Shown: positions 8,710 to 17,626 of the stretch, one piece after another | Numbering within the stretch: the first letter of the stretch is position 1 | Layout of the letters: each line of letters opens with the position of its first letter | Assembly: GCA_021413805.1 (NCBI GenBank) | Contig: JAIOPR010000010.1 | Span: 1 to 56,006 of the forward strand | From: Planctomycetota bacterium | GTDB lineage: Bacteria; Planctomycetota; MHYJ01; WSZJ01 | Direction: 5' to 3' | DNA length: 56,006 nt | Notes under the pieces: generated by a model | The model's input: only the letters and a program-made list of their open reading frames with translations | The model's database searches: none | What the model was told of the DNA's origin: nothing | Position numbers and translations under genes: made by a program

Positions 8710-10110
8710 CTACTTGCCTTCTTCTTCCATCTTCCAGCCGCCGCCCAGCGCCTTGTACAGCGCGACGCGGTTCGTGGCGACCGCGGCGTCGCTCTGCGCC
8801 AGGTCATTGAGCGCGTTGAGCCATGCCTTGTCGGTTTCGAGGACGTCGAGAAGCGAGATGAGGCCCTGCTTGTAGAGGTCTTTCGCCTGCCCGACGGCGC
8901 GTCCTGTGGCGGCCACGGCGTTGGAAAGCGCGGTGCGGCGCGCGTCTTCGCTCTCCGTCTCCGCGAGGGCGTCTTCGACTTCGCGAAGCGCGCCGACGAC
9001 GGCGCCGTGGTACGCATGGAGCGCCTGTTCCGCGCGGGCGTCGGCGGCCTTGACCTCGCAGTAGAGCTGGGGAAGCGAGAACACGCGCCAGGAGATGGAG
9101 GGGCCGAAAGACCAGTAGGCGGAGGTGGACTTGAAGAGAAGCTGGGAGCCGATCGACTCGAGGCCGGCGAGCCCGAGCAGCGAGACGTGCGGGAGCATGG
9201 CATCGACCTTGATGCCGATGTCCGCGGTCGCGACGGCGAGCTGTCGTTCCGCGCGGCGAAGGTCCGGCCGGCGCGCCAGCAGGTCGGCGGGGAGCCCGGC
9301 CGGCGTCAACTTTGGCGGGACCGGGATGGGCCGGACTTCGGCCAGCTCCGCGTCCAGCACGCCCGGCCAGAGACCGAGAAGCGCCGCGAGCGCGTGCCGT
9401 GCCCGGCTCTCGGCCACGCGCAGGCTCGGGATCCGCGCCGTCAGGATTGCGACCTCCGCTTCCGCACGAGCCACGTCCAGGTCGCTCGCCATGCCGGCGT
9501 CGAAGCGCATCTTCGTGAGGTTGTAGATCTCCTGTTGTCCCTTGAGGCCGTCCGCGGCGACCTGGAGTTGCCGCTGGGTGCCGCGCAAGGCGATGTAGGT
9601 GCGCGCAACTTCGGCGCAAAGGCTGGTGAGCACGGCGTGAAGCTCCTCGGTGGTCACGCCGAGCATCGCGTCGGCTTCCTCAAGCGCGCGGCGCTTTCCG
9701 CCCCAGATGTCGACCTCCCAGGAGGCGTCGAATCCGGTTTGATAGAGGTCGTAGTTGTGCGTCGCGCCGGGCTGACGTCCCTGCAGGCTGTTCCGGGAGA
9801 CGCCCTTGGCTTTCAGGGAGGCGGAAGCGTCGACCTCCGGCAGGTTGTCGGCGATCGCCGAGCCGCGAAGGGCCCTTCCTTCCTTGAGCGCCGCCTGTGC
9901 GCGCTTGAGGTCGAAGTTCCCCTCGATCGCACGCAGGACGAGCGAGTCGAGCACGGGGTCGCCCAGCGCTTTCCACCATTCGGAGATGTCGCCGCAGTCG
10001 GCGCCGCCGCTGGAGAACTGCGCGGGCGTTTCGATTGCGGGAGGTTCGTACGACGGGCCCACGGAGCAGCCCGCGAGGAGCACGGCAGAGAGAACCGGAA
10101 ATCGTTTCAT
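8710..10110 (-). CDS. efflux outer-membrane factor lipoprotein (NodT/TolC family)
   Basis: Lipobox LLAGCS. Two-repeat TolC-like sequence with typical YDLYQTGFDASWEVDIWG and LLDVLETDKAWL blocks. It lies 1 nt after the HlyD stop. Confidence 0.9.
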   Translation of the reverse strand: MKRFPVLSAVLLAGCSVGPSYEPPAIETPAQFSSGGADCGDISEWWKALGDPVLDSLVLRAIEGNFDLKRAQAALKEGRALRGSAIADNLPEVDASASLKAKGVSRNSLQGRQPGATHNYDLYQTGFDASWEVDIWGGKRRALEEADAMLGVTTEELHAVLTSLCAEVARTYIALRGTQRQLQVAADGLKGQQEIYNLTKMRFDAGMASDLDVARAEAEVAILTARIPSLRVAESRARHALAALLGLWPGVLDAELAEVRPIPVPPKLTPAGLPADLLARRPDLRRAERQLAVATADIGIKVDAMLPHVSLLGLAGLESIGSQLLFKSTSAYWSFGPSISWRVFSLPQLYCEVKAADARAEQALHAYHGAVVGALREVEDALAETESEDARRTALSNAVAATGRAVGQAKDLYKQGLISLLDVLETDKAWLNALNDLAQSDAAVATNRVALYKALGGGWKMEEEGK

Positions 10111-10111
10111 G

Positions 10112-11164
10112 TTATTTTCTCGCCGCGACGGGCGGCGCCTCGATGGAAACGTCCATCTGCTGGCCGACGTACACGGGAAGCTCGGATTTCGAGAACCGGA
10201 AGAGGACCTGCATGACGCGGGTATCGACGCGCTCCTGCGACGAACCTGTCAGCGAGCGCTTCGGCACCACGAACGGCTCGACGCGCACGAATTCGAGTTT
10301 CGTGTTGAGGTCGCGGTTGCCGCGGACGTAGGCGATGGCGGCGGCGCCGGCCTTGAAGCGCCAGGCGTCGTTTTCGTCGATATCGACGCGGACATGGAGG
10401 ACCTCGGTGTTCCCGAGGACGACGAGCGGCGAAGCGGCGAGCGCGTACTCGCCGGGGCGGATGTTGACCTGGAGGATTTCCGCGTCGATCGGGGAGCGGA
10501 CGGTGAGGCGCTCGAGCGCGACTTCGCTCGCGTGGAGCTGGGCCTCCGCGCCCGCGATTTCGCTTTCCGCGAGCGCAATGTCGGGAGCCCACGCGCCGGC
10601 CTTCAGCAGCGCCAGCGTGGCGCGCGCCTCCGCGGCGCGGGCTTCCGCCGTCAGCGCCGCGAACCGCCTCCGGCTCAGGTCCTCTTCGCTCATCGCCCGC
10701 TTGTCCGGCATCGCCTCGACGCGCTTCAGCTGGTCCTTCGCATTCTCCGCGTCAGCCTCGAACGCCTTGACGCGGGCCTCGAGGGGCGGGACGTCCTCGG
10801 GGCGGGGGAACGACATGGTCCGGGCGAGCTTGAGGCGCGCGGACTTGACGATGGTCTTGCGGACCTCGATCTCGGCAGCGAGGTCGCGACCGTCGAGGCG
10901 CAGAAGCGGCGCCCCGGCTTTCACGGGCTTGCCGACCTCGACGAGGACCTCGACGACGAGCCCCGGCACCGGAGTCGCCGCTTCGATGTTTTCGGAGGAA
11001 GCTTCCACGATCCCGGCTCCCGCCATGTAGGACGCGAACGGTGCGCGGGACGGTTCGGAAACGGGGGTGCCGGCGGGGACGGGGCGGGCGCCCATGATGA
11101 CGGTCCAGATGGCCAGGACGACGCCCGCAAGCGCGACGAAAGGGAGGACGTATTTCCGGATCAT
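10112..11164 (-). CDS. HlyD/MacA-type periplasmic adaptor (membrane fusion protein)
   Basis: N-terminal TM anchor, coiled-coil hairpin (AEAQLHASEVALERL) and barrel-sandwich motifs. GAGGAG SD upstream. Confidence 0.9.
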   Translation of the reverse strand: MIRKYVLPFVALAGVVLAIWTVIMGARPVPAGTPVSEPSRAPFASYMAGAGIVEASSENIEAATPVPGLVVEVLVEVGKPVKAGAPLLRLDGRDLAAEIEVRKTIVKSARLKLARTMSFPRPEDVPPLEARVKAFEADAENAKDQLKRVEAMPDKRAMSEEDLSRRRFAALTAEARAAEARATLALLKAGAWAPDIALAESEIAGAEAQLHASEVALERLTVRSPIDAEILQVNIRPGEYALAASPLVVLGNTEVLHVRVDIDENDAWRFKAGAAAIAYVRGNRDLNTKLEFVRVEPFVVPKRSLTGSSQERVDTRVMQVLFRFSKSELPVYVGQQMDVSIEAPPVAARK

Positions 11165-11179
11165 GGGGGCATTTCTCCT

Positions 11180-11926
11180 CTAGTGGGGACCGGTTCCGCG
11201 TTCCCGGGCGTCCGGCGGGCGCGGTCCGCCCTTCGTCACTGACAAGATGCGTCCGTCGTCCATCCGGGCGATGCGGTCCGCGAACTCGAAGATGCGCGCG
11301 TCGTGGGTGACGACGACGAGCGCACGGTCGGCACCCGCGGCGACTTCCCGCATCAGTTCCATCACCTTGTGGCCGGTCTCGTGGTCGAGCGAACTCGTGG
11401 GTTCGTCGCAGACGATCAGCCGCGGGTTGTGCACCAGCGACCGCGCAATCGCGACCCGCTGCTGCTGCCCGCCGGAGAGTTTCGATGGAAGCGTATTCCA
11501 GCGGTCGCCGATGCCGACGCGGTCGAGGAGCGCGCGGCCGCGGCGGACGGCCTCGGAGCGCCGCACGCCCGCGATCAGGAGCGGGACCGCCACGTTTTCG
11601 GCGATGGTGAGCGTCGGGATCAGGTTGAACTGCTGGAACACGAACCCGATGTTCTCGCCGCGGAAACGCGTCCGGCGGGAGCTGGACATTTCCCGGAGAT
11701 CCTCGCCGAAGACGCGGACTTCACCCGCGTCGTGGTCGAGGATCGCGGCGATGACCGAGATCAGCGTGGTCTTCCCGCAGCCGGAGGGGCCGACCAGCAT
11801 CAGCAGCTCCCCCTGCCGGACCTCGAGGTCAATCCCGCGAAGGGCCGTGACCTGCGACTGCCCTTCGCCGTAGGTCTTGGTGACCCCGACGCAGGAAACG
11901 GCGATCTCGGTGGCGGTTTCAACCAT
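11180..11926 (-). CDS. ABC transporter ATP-binding protein (MacB/DevA-like)
   Basis: Walker A GPSGCGKTT, signature LSGGQQQRVAIAR, Walker B LIVCDEPTSSLD. The true start is the ATG at 11926, not the 663-aa ORF in the track. Confidence 0.92.
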   Translation of the reverse strand: MVETATEIAVSCVGVTKTYGEGQSQVTALRGIDLEVRQGELLMLVGPSGCGKTTLISVIAAILDHDAGEVRVFGEDLREMSSSRRTRFRGENIGFVFQQFNLIPTLTIAENVAVPLLIAGVRRSEAVRRGRALLDRVGIGDRWNTLPSKLSGGQQQRVAIARSLVHNPRLIVCDEPTSSLDHETGHKVMELMREVAAGADRALVVVTHDARIFEFADRIARMDDGRILSVTKGGPRPPDARERGTGPH

Positions 11927-11928
11927 GG

Positions 11929-13089
11929 TCAGCCCTTGAACACGATGGCGGGCTCGGCTCGCATGACCGTGCGGATGCTGATCAGGGCCGAGAGCGTGCA
12001 GATGACCAGGATCGCGAACCCGCTGATGGTGAGGAGTTGCCACGTCAGCAGGAACGACAGCTCGGTGTCGTGGAGGAGTAACCCGAAGAGCGAGGCGGCG
12101 CCGACGCCGATTCCCCATCCGATGGCGCCGACGATCATCGCCTGGAGGAGAATCATCCCGAGGAGCTGCGAGTCGCGGGCTCCCATCGCCTTGAGCGCGG
12201 CGAAGTACTTGATGTTGTCGACCGTGAAATTGAAGAACGTCTGCCCCGCGATCGCCGTGCCGACGATGAAACCCAGCAGGACGGCGATCCCGAAATTGAT
12301 CGGGATGCCGGTGTATTTCATGAAGTAGCTGTACGTCAGGTCCTGGAATCCCTTCTGCGTGTACGCCGCCAGCCCGGTCGCCGCTTCGATCTTCCGGCAG
12401 AGTTCCAGCCTGTCCACGCCGTCTTTCGCCTTCACGAGCACGAACGACAGCGGTTTGCGTTCCTGGGGGGCGAACTGCGTGGCGCGCGAGTAGGTCGTGT
12501 AGATGACGGGCTGCGACTGGAACGTCCGCGTGGTCCGGCAGATCCCGACCACAATCGCCCGGTGGTCGTTCAGCTCCAGCGTGTCGCCGACCTTGATCGG
12601 GACAGCCTTCCCCCCCTTCTCGGTCGCCGCCCGCGCGAGTTTCCCTTCCGCGCCGACGATGTCCAGGATCACCGAGTCCGCGCGCCGCAGATCCTCCAGC
12701 CGGCCCTCGATCATGGTCCCCGGTCCGCCGACGAGCGTCGCGTCGTCGAGCCCGATCACGTGGCAAGTCTGGAACCCCCCGTTCTCGAGGCGGGCCTTGA
12801 GGAGCCCCTTGTAGAGCGGCATCGCCCAGTCGACGCCTTCCACCCCCCGTACGCGGTACAGCATCGTTTCCTGAAGCGGCTTGATGTCCTCGATCATGAG
12901 GACTTTCTTGTCCATCACCCAGATGTCGGGGCCGCCCGTGTCCGTGATGAACCCGAACGTCCGGTGCATCAGCCCTTCGAAGATTGCGGCCTGTTGCGTG
13001 ATGAGAAGCGACGCAAACGTCAGCCCCATGAGGATGCCGAGGTAGCGGGCGCGATCGCCCACGAGCATCTTGATGGCGACAAATTTCAC
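11929..13089 (-). CDS. ABC transporter permease (FtsX/DevC-like)
   Basis: Four-TM FtsX-type topology with a large periplasmic loop. The GTG start overlaps the TetR stop (GTGA). Confidence 0.85.
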   Translation of the reverse strand: MKFVAIKMLVGDRARYLGILMGLTFASLLITQQAAIFEGLMHRTFGFITDTGGPDIWVMDKKVLMIEDIKPLQETMLYRVRGVEGVDWAMPLYKGLLKARLENGGFQTCHVIGLDDATLVGGPGTMIEGRLEDLRRADSVILDIVGAEGKLARAATEKGGKAVPIKVGDTLELNDHRAIVVGICRTTRTFQSQPVIYTTYSRATQFAPQERKPLSFVLVKAKDGVDRLELCRKIEAATGLAAYTQKGFQDLTYSYFMKYTGIPINFGIAVLLGFIVGTAIAGQTFFNFTVDNIKYFAALKAMGARDSQLLGMILLQAMIVGAIGWGIGVGAASLFGLLLHDTELSFLLTWQLLTISGFAILVICTLSALISIRTVMRAEPAIVFKG

Positions 13090-13742
13090 CGCTGCGATTC
13101 CAGGGCCATGGCGCGGATGCCGGCAAGCGAGAAGTCGGTGACGTGCCGGGCAAGGCGTTCGAGATCTTCACGGCGATAGGTCAGCGAAGGATTGAGCTTC
13201 GAGATCACGGGCTGGCAGTGCCGGTAGAACAGGATCTGCCCGACGACCGAAGCGGCACAAGCCTGGATCAGCGGGGGAGGGGCGTCCGGGCCGAGGAATT
13301 CCGCGAGAAGCGTGTTCAGGGCATCTATCAGCGGCCGGAGCACGGTTTCCACCAGCCGGTCCAGCGCCACTGTCGGCTCCGCCATCTCCCTGGCCATCAA
13401 CGGCCCGTGCCAGGAGCCGGGACTCTGGTCGAGAACACGCAGGAAGAACGAGAACACGAAGGCGTAGAGGCGCTCGTCGGGGGAGGATGAAGGGCTCGTT
13501 CCCAGCGTCGGGGGATACTTCTGGAGGACCGAGCCGAGCTGGTCCTGAAGCACCGATTCGTAAAGGCGGACCTTGTCGCCAAAGTGGTAGTTGATGGCGG
13601 CGATGTTGACGCCCGCCTTGGCGCAGATGTCTCTTACCGTCGCACCGCGGAACCCCTGGGCGGCAAAGATCTCAGCGCCCGCCATCAAGAGGCGGTGGCG
13701 CGTTTCGGCAGACGTATGGGGCAGCTCGGTGGTCTGTGACAT
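13086..13742 (-). CDS. TetR/AcrR family transcriptional regulator
   Basis: The HTH is RLLMAGAEIFAAQGFRGATVRDICAKAGVNIAAINYHFGDK. ATG at 13742. First gene of the efflux operon. Confidence 0.88.
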   Translation of the reverse strand: MSQTTELPHTSAETRHRLLMAGAEIFAAQGFRGATVRDICAKAGVNIAAINYHFGDKVRLYESVLQDQLGSVLQKYPPTLGTSPSSSPDERLYAFVFSFFLRVLDQSPGSWHGPLMAREMAEPTVALDRLVETVLRPLIDALNTLLAEFLGPDAPPPLIQACAASVVGQILFYRHCQPVISKLNPSLTYRREDLERLARHVTDFSLAGIRAMALESQR

Positions 13743-13759
13743 TTGTTTGAAGTGTAGGT

Positions 13760-13795
13760 TTGAAACAATTGTACAAAACAATCGTTTGAAGTCAA
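13760..13795 (-). promoter_or_regulatory. sigma-70-type promoter (TTGACT-16-TACAAT) overlapped by an imperfect 13-5-13 palindrome, a candidate TetR operator
   Basis: On the minus strand, TTGACT lies at 13795-13790 and TACAAT at 13773-13768. The palindrome TTGAAACAATTGT-ACAAA-ACAATCGTTTGAA spans 13760-13790 with 2 mismatches. Confidence 0.55.
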
Positions 13796-13899
13796 GTCGA
13801 GATCAAGAATTCCAGCATTTCCCGGTAAGAAACCTCCCGCACCGGCCCCCTGAATGGTTGAAGGGCCGCAATGGCGCGGCCCTGTAGAATGAGGCGCCC

Positions 13900-16047
13900 A
13901 TGAATATCTCTCCCGACCTGGTCCTCCTCGCCAAAACAGGCGACCGCCGCGCCCTCGCAAGCCTCGTCGCGGCCACCCAGGACCCGCTCTTCCATTTCCT
14001 CAATCGCGAACTCGGTTCCGCCGCCGACGCCGAAGACGCCCTGCAGGAAACCTGGCGGCAGGCGATCCGCTCGCTCCCCGGACTGCGCGATCCCGCTTCA
14101 TTCCGCGGCTGGATCCATCGCATCGCCATCCGCGCGGCCGGCGACCTCGCCCTGGCCCGCCGCGCCCGACATCGCGTCGAGGAGAACGCTTCAAGGAATG
14201 AACCGGTCGAGGACTCGGCCATGGCCGGAGCGGAGCGTCAGGAGACCGCAGAACGAGTCCGGGCAGCGGTTGCGTCGCTCGAGCCCAACCTCAGGACCGC
14301 CGTCCGGCTGCGTTACGAGCAGGGACTGTCGTACGAGGAAATCGCGGCGGCGACGGAAAGCCAGTCCGGGACGGTGGGGAAGAGGCTTCACACGGCGCAC
14401 GAGCGGTTGCGTGAAGCGTTGGCGGGGGTGGGCGTGGTGGTGGCGCTGGCGGTGCTGGAGCGCGAATTGGGAGCCGCGGAGCGCGTGGCGGCGCCGGAAT
14501 CGGCGAAGCGTCAGCTCGCGCAGCTGGTGAGGGGACGGTCGGCGGCCACCCCGACGGCGGGGAGAAAGCGGGGAGCGGCCGTTGCGGCCATCGCGGCGCT
14601 GCTCCTGATCGGGATCGCCTTCGTCTGGAAACAGGGCGCGGGCCGGGGCGCGGAGAAGGACGCGCGGCCGGGGGCCGAGAGAGTCAGCGGTGTGAACACG
14701 CCACGCAGCGAGGGAGCCGGTTCGGCGCCCGTGGTCGCTGGGGAGGTCGCTTCCGCCACCAGGAAGCCGCCTCCCGCCGAGCTGGCGGCCGCACCTGCGG
14801 AGACGGGGCGTGTGACCGGCGTCGTTCGCGACGTGTCCTCCGGGGCGCCGATCGCCGGCGCGCGGGTCCAACTCCGGCCCATCGGAACCCCGGAAGGGCG
14901 AAAGCCGGTCTACGGCGCAACAGACGACCACGGCGCATTCGTGCTCGATGCCGCCCCGGGCGCCTACTTCATCGATGCATGGTCCGACGACTACCCGGCA
15001 TTTTCCGTCCGCGATTTCGTCGAGGACATCGTCGTCCGCGGCCGGACCGAGGCGAAACCGGAGGGCCAAGTCGAGGACAACCCGCTCTTCATCGGCGTTC
15101 TTGCAGGCGGCCACTCGCAGAGAGATCTCGGGCTCGTCGCCGGGAAGCACCTGGCCGGCCGGGTGGTGGACTCCCGGGGGCTTCCGGTCGAAGGCGCGAC
15201 CGTGGATCCAGTCTTCCTGACCGTGCACGGCAAGATCGGGTTCGCGGCGTGCGAATGCGCTCCTTACGGCGTGCCATTGGAGCGCGTGACCGGTGTCGAC
15301 GGGCGATTTGCGCTTCCCGCCGTCTGGCCCGCGGGAAACCTCACGGTGAAGGTGTCGTGTCCCGGCTACCGGGAGGACGATGTGACGCTGGCGATCGACG
15401 AGGCCCGCGGTGAGATGACCTTGAAGATTGAATCGGCCTCAGCCTTTTCGGGCACCGTCAGCGACGTCCACGGCCATCCCGTTCAAGGCGCGCTCGTCTT
15501 CGCCGGGGCTGGCGATCCTGCGACAGGCGGCGTCTTCCTCATGCGGATCAAGCAGGGCGTTGACGAATCAGGGCGCTTCTCCGACCCCGGCACTCGTTCC
15601 CCGAAGATCGTGCTCGCCTGGGCGCCCGGCTATGGCCTAGCGGCCGCCGATCTCTCGACCTGCGATGCCTCCAGGCTGGACCTGCGCCTCGCCGTGGCAG
15701 ACGGCCGCATCCGCGGCGTCGTCCGCGACGACGCCGGGCTCGTGGTGGCCGGGGCGCGCGTGACCGCCATCCTGGTCGGGGTCACCTTTGGCTCGGCCGC
15801 CGTTTGCATGCCCCTCAATGACAACTTCACCGGGGCGAAAGGCGACCTGATCGCATTTCCTGCGACTGGCCTGCCCGCCCCGACAGCGACCACCGCCGTC
15901 GATGGGGGATTCGAGCTCGCGGGCGTTCCCTCCGGGGCCGGCACGTTTGTCACGCTTCGCGTTGAAGTGCCCGGGTCCAAGCCGAAAGTCGTACGGGTTC
16001 CGGATGGGGGAAGCGCGGACGTCACGCTGGACACGGCGGCAAAGTAG
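13900..16047 (+). CDS. ECF sigma factor fused to a TM helix and four carboxypeptidase-regulatory-like (CarboxypepD_reg) domains
   Basis: Region 2 is DAEDALQETWRQAI..FRGWIHRIAIRAA. Region 4 is LRTAVRLRYEQGLSYEEIAAATESQSGTVGKRLHTAHERL. The TM helix is AAVAAIAALLLIGIAFVW. The motif G-V-D..G.P..GA.V then repeats four times. Confidence 0.8.
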   Translation: MNISPDLVLLAKTGDRRALASLVAATQDPLFHFLNRELGSAADAEDALQETWRQAIRSLPGLRDPASFRGWIHRIAIRAAGDLALARRARHRVEENASRNEPVEDSAMAGAERQETAERVRAAVASLEPNLRTAVRLRYEQGLSYEEIAAATESQSGTVGKRLHTAHERLREALAGVGVVVALAVLERELGAAERVAAPESAKRQLAQLVRGRSAATPTAGRKRGAAVAAIAALLLIGIAFVWKQGAGRGAEKDARPGAERVSGVNTPRSEGAGSAPVVAGEVASATRKPPPAELAAAPAETGRVTGVVRDVSSGAPIAGARVQLRPIGTPEGRKPVYGATDDHGAFVLDAAPGAYFIDAWSDDYPAFSVRDFVEDIVVRGRTEAKPEGQVEDNPLFIGVLAGGHSQRDLGLVAGKHLAGRVVDSRGLPVEGATVDPVFLTVHGKIGFAACECAPYGVPLERVTGVDGRFALPAVWPAGNLTVKVSCPGYREDDVTLAIDEARGEMTLKIESASAFSGTVSDVHGHPVQGALVFAGAGDPATGGVFLMRIKQGVDESGRFSDPGTRSPKIVLAWAPGYGLAAADLSTCDASRLDLRLAVADGRIRGVVRDDAGLVVAGARVTAILVGVTFGSAAVCMPLNDNFTGAKGDLIAFPATGLPAPTATTAVDGGFELAGVPSGAGTFVTLRVEVPGSKPKVVRVPDGGSADVTLDTAAK

Positions 16048-16106
16048 CTCCTCGCCATCACCCGTTTCGCGGCCAGCGGGATACGATGGCGCGAAAGGAG
16101 GACGGC

Positions 16107-17111
16107 ATGCGAAGGGCACTGTCCGTTGCGGCGGTCGTGATGTTGGGCGCGCTTTCGGCGTACTCCCAGGAACCTCCGGCGGGTCTCAAGATCCCGGCGA
16201 AACCCTGGCACCGGGCCTGGCTCGCCCGCGAACGGGTCAAGAAAGAAGGCGAGCGACTCGCCGCGAAGGATCTCGATGCCTTGAAGAAAGAGGGAAGCGC
16301 GCTCCTCGGCCTCAAGCGGCGGCTGGCGGACGGGAAGCACCTGCTGGCGAAACGCGTGCGTGGTGAGGAAACCGCGCTCGCCGAACTCGAAAAGAAGGAA
16401 GCCGATCTGCTTGCCCGGATCCGCACCTACGGCGACCGCGCTGACCACCTTCGCGAAGAAATCCGCGCCCTGCAGGACGAACAGGAAATTGTCCAGCGGC
16501 GCCTCCGGGAGCACCGCCTCCTCCTCGACCTCGATCTCCGCCCCCGCCTCCGCGCCGAACTCGACGACTTCCGCGGCCGCTGCGAACTTTTCGCCCGCCG
16601 CGTCACCGACGCCTTCCGCCGCAAAGGCCTGATCCGGAAATACGAGTTCGACAAGTGGGCCAGGGACCTGATGCGCCGGCAGGACTACAGCCCTGACTCA
16701 CTCGGGCACACCCACTGCAACGCCTTCGTGAACGATTTTGCAGAAGCGGCGTTCGGGTACGGGGGGCTGCGCGGCAAGACTGCGAACGAGATCGCGGATT
16801 ACCTGAAGGAGGGGAAATTCGGGTGGACGGCGGTCCACGTGGACAAGGCGACGCTCCAGGACGACTTCCGCAAGGCGCAGGAGTTCGCGAACCAGGGTTA
16901 CCTCGTCGTCGCGACGTACCGGAGCCCTTCGACCCCCGACGCGCACGGCCACGTGGCGGTGGTGTTGCCGGGCGAGCTGAAGAAGAACGGGATGTGGGGG
17001 ATGGAAGTGCCGGACACGGCGCAGGCGGGGCACATCGTCTACGAGCGAGGGCCGATGAGCGTGGGGTTCGAGCACCACAAGGAAGTGGTGATTTACGTAC
17101 GGAAGCCGTGA
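16107..17111 (+). CDS. secreted coiled-coil protein with C-terminal papain-like (NlpC/P60- or CHAP-like) Cys-His domain
   Basis: AAGGAGG (16095-16101) precedes ATG 16107. The signal peptide is MRRALSVAAVVMLGALSAYS. There is a long heptad-rich region. HTHCNAFV (Cys codon 16716-16718) and HGHVAVV (His codon 16950-16952) match a Cys/His hydrolase pattern. Confidence 0.55.
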   Translation: MRRALSVAAVVMLGALSAYSQEPPAGLKIPAKPWHRAWLARERVKKEGERLAAKDLDALKKEGSALLGLKRRLADGKHLLAKRVRGEETALAELEKKEADLLARIRTYGDRADHLREEIRALQDEQEIVQRRLREHRLLLDLDLRPRLRAELDDFRGRCELFARRVTDAFRRKGLIRKYEFDKWARDLMRRQDYSPDSLGHTHCNAFVNDFAEAAFGYGGLRGKTANEIADYLKEGKFGWTAVHVDKATLQDDFRKAQEFANQGYLVVATYRSPSTPDAHGHVAVVLPGELKKNGMWGMEVPDTAQAGHIVYERGPMSVGFEHHKEVVIYVRKP

Positions 17112-17141
17112 CGGCGGGGTCCGGGGTTAGAATTGCCCTCC

Positions 17142-17582
17142 ATGGCTACCCCTGACCGACTGGCCCGCATCGTCGTGTTCGCGGTCCACCCGCAGTACGG
17201 GGGGTGGACGCTGTGGCTCAAGGCCGACGGCGCCGCCGCGGCCTTCAAGGTCGCCCGCGGCGGGAAGACCGCCGCGCGGCACGACACGACCGTTCCCGCG
17301 GCCGATCTCGCGCGGCTCGATGGACTGCTCGCCGAGTCCGCGTTCTGGGATCTCCCGCCGCCGTCGCTCCAGTCCTCGCCGATGCCCGATGAGACATGGG
17401 TCGAGGTCAGCGCGAAAGCGCAGAGCGGGATCCAGGCCTCGGTCGGGAAATTTGCGCGGCAGTCGAACGCGAGGTTCGACCCGATCCTGAAGAGCCTGGA
17501 ATCGGTCGCGGCGCGGGCGTGGAAGACGCCGCCGGTGTCGGAGAGCGCGTACGATCCCTACCAGGTCCCGAAGGGGTTTTGA
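17142..17582 (+). CDS. hypothetical protein
   Basis: ATG lies 31 nt after the preceding stop. GC3-biased. No signal peptide and no motif recognised. Confidence 0.45.
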   Translation: MATPDRLARIVVFAVHPQYGGWTLWLKADGAAAAFKVARGGKTAARHDTTVPAADLARLDGLLAESAFWDLPPPSLQSSPMPDETWVEVSAKAQSGIQASVGKFARQSNARFDPILKSLESVAARAWKTPPVSESAYDPYQVPKGF

Positions 17583-17594
17583 CGCACTGCGTTA

Positions 17595-17618
17595 ATAGTT
17601 GAGCGTCCGCTCAACTAT
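17595..17618. terminator. hairpin between convergent genes (weak terminator candidate)
   Basis: ATAGTTGAGC-GTCC-GCTCAACTAT, a 10-bp stem with no clear U-tract on either strand. Confidence 0.4.
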
Positions 17619-17626
17619 GTCCCAGC

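Noticed and set aside
11927-13171. N-terminal 414 aa of the 663-aa track ORF 11180-13171
   Set aside because: Only the C-terminal 248 aa, from ATG 11926, form the ABC ATPase. The upstream part overlaps the permease gene out of frame and is low-complexity.
17142-17582. Immunity protein for the upstream Cys/His hydrolase-like protein
   Set aside because: It has no signal peptide or lipobox, so it would not share a compartment with a Sec-exported enzyme. There is no family evidence.
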